Positions 12,126-22,356 of a stretch of 64,000 nt of DNA are shown in pieces. The DNA comes from Somniosus microcephalus (taxonomy: Eukaryota), in contig CM126222.1 of the NCBI GenBank assembly GCA_052327205.1, forward strand, positions 68,014,001 to 68,078,000, given 5' to 3'. The translations under genes were made by a program, and so were the position numbers. The notes under the pieces are model-generated. The model ran no database searches. It had not been told where the DNA came from and worked only from the letters and a program-made list of their open reading frames with translations. How positions within the stretch are numbered: position 1 is the stretch's first letter; each line of letters starts with the position of its first letter.

Positions 12126-14493
12126 TGCAGCCCTGCAGTTTGAGAAGAAGGCTCCTTCCAGCAACTGACCTTTTGCCAAAATCTGCTCCCGCAGCAGAAA
12201 AATTGCCAGGAAACTGTCAGGAATGGGGAACATACATGCATACCAAAAAGAAAATACGGTCGGAAGCGCAACAAGTTGATCAGGGCCTAGAAGTTAGCAC
12301 CCTATTCTCCCCCACTCACCTCCCTCTGAGACCCAGGATGCAATACTGGCCCTAGGACCAAGATATAAAATGCGGCCTCAGTACATCCTGTTTGGTATTA
12401 AAACTTAAAAACACCCAGTTGGCAGCATCAGTGTGCGATGTCTCCGTTGATCTGCCCGCATAAAATTCAAGATTATTTAGAGCAAAGTTGGTGGTCTCAC
12501 TGCATTGGGAAGCGTTCCTGGCGGGGGGGGGGGGCAATGCTGGAGTCAATCCTCACTCCCCAAACTCATTCTCCTCTGCTCCAACTCATCCACTTTCCTC
12601 TGGGAATGAAGCAAGATTAGCAACCCTGGCGGGCAGCGTGCACGTGCACATTCCGTGCTGGAGGTGCACTGCCCGCTGTATTGGTAAAGGCTGCTGTAGA
12701 GATGTCCGCTGCCTGGGCTTGAAACAGGCGTTGGTCCATTTGCATATACAAATAGGTGGCGTGCTGCCAGTTTACAGCCCCCTTTTCCAAAATTCGTTAG
12801 CAACTGATCGCCGATCTTGCACCAGGTCCCTCTGAGGGCTTAGGATGCGGGAATTCCTGTCATAGGGCATCCCTAACCTCACCCTATCTTCTTTTACGCT
12901 GAAGGTCTTGTTTGGAGTTGGGCATTGGCTTCACCCCATCCCAGAAAATCTAGTGCAAGACGGGGACCTGGCCTATCCAGGCCCCGGCCTAATATGCAGC
13001 CCTTCCAGCGGACCCCCACCAAGGTTACTGCAGCATCTTCCTGGAAGGGTCGCACGTTTTCAGGCTCAGGATCTCTTCATTGTTTCTGTAGAAGCTTAAC
13101 CAATAATGACAGTTTTCGGTTGACCACATAGTTAAGTGTTAAAAGAATGGCCAAACAGATTAAAAAGCCAGGTTCTCACCTTTGCCAGAGCTTATCTAAA
13201 TGGGTCAGTTCACATCCTCAGTTCCAGGAAGCTAAGTATCACACAGTCAAATCTCATTACTATAAATGTGTGGAGACTGGAAAATGCTAATCACGTTTGA
13301 GGTTCTCTACTAATTGGAAGGAAACTTCCACAAAAAAGGGGAAAAGTTACAAAAGAAGGCTGGTAAGGTCAGGGTTTATTTTATTTGTACTTTAAATTTT
13401 TTTTAAATGAAGGCTCCCTGCTTTTACTTGATGTAATGATGATCAAAATGACCCTTTGGCACCTTGTAATCACCGTTGCTGCTGATGAGGGTTGGCGAAA
13501 GCAGCACTGCTGCTGCTGGTACATAATTTGATGTCCTTTTAAGTGCACTTCCCCTAGGTGATGCACATCTTGTGGTAATAAACACTGTAAATTCGCTCTA
13601 CACGTGGCAGCCAATTTTTTTTTTTTTTAAACAAGTTTTCGACTGAGCAACGAGCATTAAAGATAAGGGCTTGGGTGACTCAAAATTGAAGAGATTTTTT
13701 TTTTTAATTGCTATCTTACGAGTTACACTTTCCTAAATGTAAACGTCCAGCTTTTTTTGTTAGAACAATTTCTGCAGTACTGAATCCTGAGTATGCTCCA
13801 GTATCTGTAAAAGGTTATGGAAAATCAGTTGCAGTTGAAAAGAGGTGTACCCTGTTTTCCAATTTCTGTGGTAATATTCCTTCAAAGAATGCTTTGTAAA
13901 GCGAGTGGGCAAAAGTCATGGCCTGAGTTTACTGGAAATGTCGCTGCTTTTAAGGATCAGTCGCCCTGTGAAGAGTAGTTACCCTTTCACCTAGAAATTC
14001 TAATACCAGACTGTAAAGCCACTTATTCATTGTGGCAAACGTATCAGTTTTTAAATTCTAATTCTGATATCAGTTTGTAACACAAAACATTCCACCCTCC
14101 ACCAGGACTCATCGCCCCCTCGAGCTCTCCTCCAGAATCCCATGCATCTGGCAAAATTGGTAGCTGCTTCCCCTGTCGCTCTCATCCTCTCACAGCTGAA
14201 TTGCACCCTCACCCGATGGCTCGCTTCCTTAGGTGCCTTACCTTAAAAAAAAAGTGTAAATAAATTAACTGAGATTTCTTAGATTGGTCCCAATGAGAAG
14301 GCTTGTAATTAGGAGCATTCAGATGGACGGGCACCCATATTTCCACATGCTTGTTTTAGAAACTGCATTGCACATGTGAGTTTTCCTCACTGGGAAGATT
14401 GAAGCTTTCAGATTTCTGTGCATGTTCTGTCAAATCCAGTGTTTAGACATTATAAGTTATACCCACTAACAAACTCAATTCTACTTCTATTAA

Positions 14494-14590
14494 AATAACA
14501 ACAGAAAATGCTGAAAACACTCAGCAGGTTGGTCGGGCAGCATCGAGGAGAGAGAAACAGAGTTAACGTTTCGGGTCGAGGACCCTTCGA
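14494..14590 (-). mobile_element. Penelope-type fragment (single arm)
   Basis: Matches the left arm of 3516-3772. On the minus strand it reads GAAGGGTCCTCGACCCGAAACGTTAAC. Confidence 0.7.
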
Positions 14591-14711
14591 CTTTTATTAA
14601 AGTTATCTAACTGCTATCTTAAAGCTAACAACTTGCTTGTTTGAATTTTAATATTTACAGAGCCTATTAAGGAATAAATTTTAACTATCTGGTTGACGTG
14701 TTATCTATGAT

Positions 14712-14843
14712 GATAGCAAAATACTGCGGATGCTGGAAATCCAAAATAACAACAGAAAATGCTGGAAAAACTCAGCAAGCCAGGCAACATCCATGGAGAG
14801 AAAGATAGAGTCAACGTTTCAGGTCGAAACCCTTCGTCAGGAC
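14712..14843 (-). mobile_element. Penelope-type single-arm insertion with an intact minimal hammerhead motif
   Basis: Starts at the same GATAGCAAAATACTG end as 3516. Flanked by GACGTGTTA(T/G)CTATG (14695-14709, 14841-14855). Minus strand reads GTC-CTGACGA-AGGGTTTCGACCT-GAAA-CG-TT-GAC. Confidence 0.75.
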
Positions 14844-15473
14844 GTGTTAGCTATGTTTTGCAAAATAATTTCTGTGAACTAGGGTTACTCGAGTGCATGT
14901 GGAAAGTAGGACAAAGGTGACTCCCAACGCAGTGAGGAAGTCTTAGAGTATTTTCTCGGTGCACTTGTCATTTGTTTCCCTCGGTGATATTAACTGCTGG
15001 TCCTTATTAAAAACAAAATTAATAAAATAATTCAGCACAGCTGTCCACTGTCGAGTCTTCCTGGGTTTTAAACAGGTGAAACAACAGATACAGCTTATGG
15101 AAACATGCTGTCCATTTAAAGAAATCCAGGTTGTCATAGTTTCAATTTGCAGTAGTTCCGTGTGGTCCACATGAGATCTGACTGACCTTTAGAAGGCCAT
15201 ACAATTCGACCTCGATTCAGATTTAAATTTTAATTTCTAGTAAACAAGGGAGGCAACTAAAATTGATATAAATTTGGACCAACACAAGCTGAATGGATGC
15301 TAATTAACTGTGTAAACAAGTTTTTTTCTGTGGGGCTTGAAACTATTGTACAGTAGTGATGTTTTTCATAGTTTAAAAAATACTAGGTGATCTGTGGTTA
15401 AATTTGAAGACGCTTGCATTAAAAAAAAATTTTAAAAGCCTATGGTCCGTTTTGTGTCTGGTACCTTATTTAG

Positions 15474-15958
15474 GTGTCAGCCATGGCCAAGTGGTAGCAC
15501 TCGCGCCTCTGAGTCAGAAGGTCATGGATTCAAGGCCCACTCCAGAGACTTGAACAGATAATCCAGGCTAACATTTCATTGCAGTACTGCGGGAGTGCTG
15601 CACTGTTGGAGGTGCCGTCTTTTGCATGAGATGTTAAACCGAGATCCCATCTGCCCTCTCAGAGTTCTCCCACTGTCCTGGCCAACATTGATCCCTTGAT
15701 CATAAACAGATGATCTGGTCATTTATCTCATTGCTGTTTGTGGGACTGCGCAAGTTTCACAGAAATCACAGAAACCACACAGTGCAGATAGAGGCCATTT
15801 CGGCCCATCGAGCCTGCACCGACACATATCCCACCCGATCCCCGCAACCCCTACAGTTTGTAGCTGCGTTAACACTTTAAAAAGTACTTAATTGGCTGTA
15901 ATGCACTTTGGAATACTCTGAGGTTGTGAAAGGTGTTATATAAATGAAAGTTCTTTCT
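15474..15958 (+). mobile_element. SacSINE1-like DeuSINE containing an antisense HE1 tail insertion (about 15758-15855)
   Basis: tRNA head gtgtcagccatggccaagtggtagcactc and Deu core. The insert is the reverse complement of the HE1 tail at 56765-56853, with agttt on both sides. Confidence 0.8.
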
Positions 15959-17364
15959 ATTTTGCCTCCTTTTAAACATTGGATATAGTAGCTGTTAAAA
16001 TGCTATATTTGTCTACTGGGTAATTTGTCTCGTCAAATGCTGGAAATTATTTCCTCGGCTTCTCTTCCCTCATTGGTACAGGTAGACACTCCTATTTCTG
16101 TTAAGTAGGACTGTATCATGAGGTTGTGTTATTCACCCTTTAGGTTTTAAAGTCCTATTTGATTACAGACGTTGAACACAAGTGCGTAACAAAAAACACT
16201 AGTGCTATCAAATAGAGAAATGTGTTCATAACTTTTCAATTTTGGGGAATATGATGGTGTGGCTCTCCAGATTTAAGAGTTGGGACTTTGAGATTGTGTT
16301 TTATAGAAGCTGCTGGCGATAAACAAAATTTTTTAAATATAGTTAAACATAGATGATGTGGTTTTATTTTCTAGACGTACGCCAATTCTAGGACAAACAG
16401 CATCTTTGCCAGCCTGAATAGTTAGAATTTTTGACTTGGGTGAAGTACAATGCTATGTTTTCCCTGTTGGTTGCATACTATTTTTATGCCCATTTTCTTT
16501 TCAGTGATGTGGTTTTTATGAGCCCACAACCTAAGGATATTCGAATAAAAAGATTTTACTGCATGCCCTACTAATTAGATCTTTTTTTTAGGACCTTCAT
16601 AAACCATTTTATATCTTCCTTCTACCCCTGCACTAGAAGGAAGGATTTACCTTTATAAAAGCGCCTTTTACTTTTCAGGATGTCCCAAAATGCTTCATAG
16701 CCAATGAGTAACACTAATTCTGTATCCCCGAATCACAGCTGAATCTGTGCATTTTTGAAAATGTTTTTTCCATATGTGCATAAATGTTGGAATAAGATCC
16801 ACTAAACCTATTCTGCTCACTTTTCCCTGACATTTAATTTCATGAAGTGAACAATCCCAGATAAAGCTTCCAGAAAGAGAGGGCATTGTGAAATTTCTCC
16901 CTGGCTACCTTGGATGATCTATCAAAACCTCACTTTACTGAACTCTGAATATAATTCTCAAACGGTTGCAGAATTATGTGGTGCATTGGAGCATCTGTGT
17001 TGATGCCTGTACTTATAATCATCAATCCCATTCTTAACCAGATAGTCAGATAACAGCTATATATAAATATCTTGGGCCTAATCATTTCTCCCTGTTCCTA
17101 AAAAATCTTGTGTTCTATTCATCCAGCTCCTTGTTAAAGGAATTCACTGAAACCAAAAAAATGACACTGCCTGTGAGTGCATTAAGTGCAGTCCTTTGCT
17201 GCCTGAGGCCAGGGTTGTACTGTCACCACAAAAAAAACACTTTATAGTATGACAGTAAGAAGAGCTTGCCTTTTGGCAAGGAGCTGCAAGTGGTAGAGCC
17301 AACATTATGCCCAAGTGTTCTAGGAAAGGCTATTAAGAGTATCCTCATGGGATGAAGGGTGGAA

Positions 17365-18415
17365 ATAGAATCACAGAATGATACAGCACAGAAGGAGGTT
17401 GTTCGGCCCACTCCCCCCTGCTCTTTCCCCATAGCCCTGTAAATGTTTTCCCTTCAAATATTTATCCAATTCCCCTTTGAAAGGTACTGTTGAATCTGCT
17501 TCCACACCATAACTCGCTGTAATTTTTTGTTTCCTCATCTCGCCTCTGGTTCTTTTACCAGTCGCCTTAAATCTGTGTCCTCTGGTTACTCACCCTTCTG
17601 CCACTAGGAACAGCTTCTCCTTATTCACACTATCAAAATCATCGATGATTTTGAACACTATCAAATCTCCTTTTCTCTGCTCTAGGCTTTTTTAACAGCC
17701 ATCTCAACTTGTTCTGCTGTCTTCAAAGATTTGCGTACATACACCCGACCCCACCACCCCCCCCTCCCGGCCAGGTCTCTCTCTTCCTGCACCCCCTTTA
17801 AAATTGTACTATTTACAGGAAACTCTCTTTTTACCGGCACCTAAATAACTGGAAATCTCTCTTAACCGGCAAAATTCAGGAGTAGGTTCAGGTAAGTTTT
17901 GCTTCATATTAGTGGCCGTGTAACCGGGGTTCCTGGATCTGTGGCCGTGCAACCGGGGTTCCTGCACCTGTTGCCATGCAACAGGGACGCCTGGATCTGT
18001 GGCCGTGTAACCGGGGTTCCTGCACCTGTTGCCATGCAACAGGGACGCCTGGATCTGTGGCCGTGTAACCGGGGTTCCTGCACCTGTTGCCATGCAACAG
18101 GGACGCCTGTATCTGTATCTGTACGGGGCTCTCGTACCTTAGTAAGTATACCTCTCTGTAATCTGGACTTTTTGATCAACTGGCAGCACGCCGGTCCCGT
18201 CGGTGCCGGATAAAAAAGAGTTTCCTGTCGTTCATATTGCCTCTCCTCATTCTTCCTACCAAAATGCATCACTTCACACTTCATTGCGTTAAATTTCATC
18301 TGCCACGTGTCTGCCCATTTCACCAATCTGCCTGTTCACCTGAAGTCTGTTACTATCCTCCTCATTGTTTACTACATTTCGTGTCATCTGCAAACTTTGA
18401 AATGATGCCCAAGTA
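17365..18415 (-). mobile_element. Degenerate CR1 LINE, split by a MITE
   Basis: ORF VKWADTWQMKFNAMKCEVMHFGRKN and a CR1 3' tail near 17365-17440. Confidence 0.8.
17816..18227. mobile_element. Tc1/mariner (Tigger/pogo-like) MITE with internal 58-bp tandem repeats
   Basis: Approximately 26-bp TIRs CAGGAAACTCTCTTTTTACCGGCACC / GGTGCCGGATAAAAAAGAGTTTCCTG. TA at left, TC at right (mutated TA). The CR1 sequence is restored when it is removed. Confidence 0.75.
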
Positions 18416-20730
18416 CAGGGGTTAGAATGTTTGAGAAGGTGCTCAGGCCTCAATCGCTCAAGTTTCTTGTGGGAATTCTTCGACCGCTTCCTCAGATTTG
18501 TTGGTAAACTGCTAAGATTGACTGAAGGCTGAGCCTTGTCCTGAAGCAAGTGGAAAAGATGCTGCCTATTCTCCTATGTAAGGTTACTTTGTGATATTAA
18601 GTTCATCAAATTTGAGCCAGACTTTGACTTCCAATGGAGATGGGAAGCAGTTGAGAGAGGACGGATACACATGAATAATTACAATTTAAAAAAAAAGACA
18701 TTCAAGTTTTCTGCTCCTTGCACTTGCTTCCCCGGCTGGTAAATTAAGCATCACGTGACCTGATTTTGCACAATAATATCCAGGTTTTCAATCAAAAGAA
18801 TAACAAGTGAGAGAAATACAATGGCTTTTCTGCTTAACTTTTGCAAAAACATTTCTTTGCAGATGTTGTTTGATAGAAAACACATGCATGGTTTGAAAGC
18901 TGCGAAAGATGTCCACTGCTCACCGCGTCAATGAAACGCACATACTTTAGGTGTGGGTGAGAACATCAAGAGTTTGACTTTGTCCTGCAGTTATTTACAA
19001 AAAAAAAAGTACAAGGCTGACTAAAGTACTTGGTATGGAAGGATGCACAGTGGCGGTGTCATCATATTTGTCACGCTAATTTAAAATAAAATCAATGGAT
19101 CTTATTCATGCTGGAAGTATTCTTTACCATTAAGTGTGTTTTTTAAACCTGGTGTCTCGTGACTGCTACTTTGTTTGATCTTTGAGCCATGGAAAGAGCA
19201 AAGATAGCTCACGCAAGTGGTTTTAATTACAAACAGCCTAAATCTATAAGCATCAAATACAGAAGAAAGAAAGCAACCCTTTGCCACATTCAGAGCAATA
19301 CCCACTCAAGAGCTCTTTCACTTTAGCACTGAAGGATTTACTAGATATTTGGAAACTGGATTGATTAAATAAATTACGACTGCCACTGTCCAGTGTAAGG
19401 TATAAGCTTAACCCTTTCAGAACCACATTAACATGAGCGGATCAAAGTAAAATGTTCCTTTAGTGTACAGTGTTCCTTTAGCGGTGGCATTTCCTGTATT
19501 TTTTAATTCTACTCTATAACCAGCGTTAAAGGCTGCACAGTTTGTGATGGCGAAAATGTGCCTGTTTTGAAATCGGCAAAGAGCATTCAGTATCTTTTAA
19601 CAGGTTAGAAACACAGCTCCTGGCGTACGGTACAGCTGTTTAGAATAGCAAATCATTGGGCAGAAGCTACAAAGTGACACAATTGGAAGACTCGGTTGTC
19701 TGCAGTTCTACCTTATGTAAATGCACTGTTGCTTTTATTTCTTTCTTACCTATATTTTTATAATGCATCCAAGTATATTTATATTTTTCTACTTTTCCAA
19801 GCAGCTGGAGATCTTTTGGCAGGGGGAGGGGCTGATGATAAGTGGACGTTATGATTTATATATGATTTATAATTTGAGTATTTAGTTATTTTTTGTAATG
19901 ACTGTCAAGATTATTCATTGTTTTGTGTGTGTGTATATTATACTACAGTGCATGCAAGACATTGTATATGCTACAGTTTATCCCGTAACAATTGTTGCTT
20001 CAGCTTAAGTTGAGCAGTATCATTTCAGTTCAGTTTGAGTCAAATGGTGTATAACAATTATTTTGTGCCATGAGAATCTGGCTTTGTGCAGACTTGCAGC
20101 TCTGCTTATTTTGTCTCCTGTGTTTCCAAATGTCTTCGACTAGTAAGGTACTTTGCTTTTGCATGCGTTCCGAAGAATTTTTTAAAACACTTCAGGGCAG
20201 AGATGTGCCTGTGGGTTCAGGTGACAGTGGCAAATGGCTCAAGCTTTGTTTCAGTTCATAAGCTCATCCAAACTCAACAAGTTACTCCCTTGTAACACAC
20301 TTTTAGGTATCTATTGTCCTTTATGTCATTATCCTTAGCTTCTGAAGATCATGATCCCAGTTGAACAGAAAGCCCTCTTATTGTTGAGGGCTATAACTGA
20401 ATTGAGTTTGAGTGTCTGCTCTGTTCCTCCGATGACATGAGTTTACTGTGTGAAACGGTTCTCAATTTGTGCACTTGCTTTGTGTCAACCTCTAGAGCCC
20501 CTGGGCCAAGGGGTTACTGGCTGATACCTAATCTCAATGAATTGTCTTTTGGGGTTGTGGGTCAAGTGCGTGACTTTTTTGGCAAGGTCTGTCCACATGG
20601 GAAAACCTAGTTTTGCCGTTGCTTCCTGCCATATGAGTGCTATTGTCACCAAATGTCTATTAAGATCAGTTCTCCAACGCAACTTGACTTTGCTCAGTTG
20701 GTGGCACACTTGTTACTGAGTCCACACCAG

Positions 20731-22356
20731 GGCCGGAATGTTCTGGGGGGAGTTAGCGGGCGGGATCGGTGGCGGGTTGGGTGGGAAAGTTGGGGTTTTT
20801 TCACAGCGGGTTGGGAGCCCGCTGTGAACCCGCCGCCATGCGCCTTTCCCAATGTTGGGTCTGTCAACGCTGAGCAAACCTGACCGGCAGTGGCGTGGAA
20901 CCTAATTAAAATGATTAGCATCTAGTTGCCAGATGCTTAACAGCCTTTTTTCACTTACCTTTTGTCTTTAACTTCATGACCACGGGATCCCCGCTGTGCG
21001 CAGACCACGGCTGTCAAGCTGAGGCGTGAGTTGAGTGGCCATTGCTCCAGCTGATTACTTGACAGCTCAAATGTACAGTAAAAGTTCCCACCTGACTGAT
21101 AGTCACTTTCCTCAGGCAGAAGCTTTTTCTCACTCCATTTTCAGCACAGATTCTGCATGCTTTCAACTCTCCAACCGCTCTCACCTCATTGGAAGTACTC
21201 TCCCACCATTGACAGAATGCTTCTGTCATCGCTACTTCACCTGCCATCTATTCCATCAACATGATTGACCTTTATACTCTCTCACCTTGGTCCTCAAAAT
21301 CCCACCACAATCAGCCCCAACAACAACACTAACCTTCTCTGCAATCACCTGATGCTGCACAGGATAGAGGGCATCAGCACCCGACCACATTGCGCCCAGG
21401 GATGGCCTCACCATGGCCGGATTTACTTCACTTGACGTTGTACACCTTGGCTGCCACATGATGCGCCAGGTTGGCACCACCCCACAACAACAACATAAAG
21501 CATCCCTACGATGCCCAAGCCATTCTGCCCAAGAACGCAAAGTGTTGAAAATAAAGGTTTCAGTGTTTGACACCACATTAACAGAAACTTTACATGAACA
21601 TTGCATAAAATACCCAAGTGTCTACCCTTGTGTGTTGTTAGTTGGTATGATTGGACTAGGAAGAGGGTGATTGAGGGATGGCTAGTGAATTGGGGAAGTG
21701 ATAATATAGATAGAGAGGGATGGGTGGAGGGCCATGGTAAGTTGGTATGAGTAAGGGTGTGCAGGAATAGGGTAGGGAAGGCAGGGTGATGGGGATGTGA
21801 TGAGAGGCACAGCAGGATGAGGTTGAGTGTGGCTTTGTACTAACGTTTTGTGATCTGCTGAGATCATTGAAAGGTTTGTGCCACTCCACCCACATCCTCC
21901 TGATGACATCCCTGCTTATGACCTCCTCTGCAATGTGCAGCCAGGCTGTGTTGATCTCCTGGGGAGGTCTCTTCCGCCCATTGGAAGGGAAGAGGACCCA
22001 CCTGCGTGCTGTGACTCCCTCCATAAGCATACAGAGGGAGTCATGATAGAGCCTGGGTACAGCCCTGTGCCTTTTTGTGCAGTCATTGTCAGTGTTGGCA
22101 GCACCTCAATGCTGTAGAACACTGACAGCACAAATGTCAAGACAAATGTGGCCATGGTCCCTTTAAGGAAACCGGCTGATGACGCGTCATGAAATAACGT
22201 TACCAGACCCGCTTCCTCTAATTGGGCCGGCTAACGCGCTGGGTGGGCTTAACAAGCCCAATCAATGGACATTCATTTCACAGGGCAGGATGGAGCCTGC
22301 ACTGGGGCCGCAGCCCGCCACCGACATCACCCGCCGAGGTAAGTAAAATTGCAGCC
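20731..22356 (-). mobile_element. Non-autonomous PIF/Harbinger-type DNA transposon inserted in a DeuSINE
   Basis: Imperfect TIRs (GGCCGGAATGTT / AAAATTGCAGCC), GC-rich subterminal inverted motifs, 3-bp TSD CAG, Myb/SANT-like remnant inside. DeuSINE halves lie at about 20680-20730 and 22357-22655. Confidence 0.7.
21845..22090 (-). pseudogene. Myb/SANT-like DNA-binding domain remnant (Harbinger ORF2-type)
   Basis: LMEGVTARRWVLF...RPPQEINTAWLHIAEEVISRDVIRRMWVEWHKPFNDL follows the Myb_DNA-bind_5/MSANTD pattern (VLF...AWxxIA...R...FNDL). Frameshifted at the N-terminus. Confidence 0.65.
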
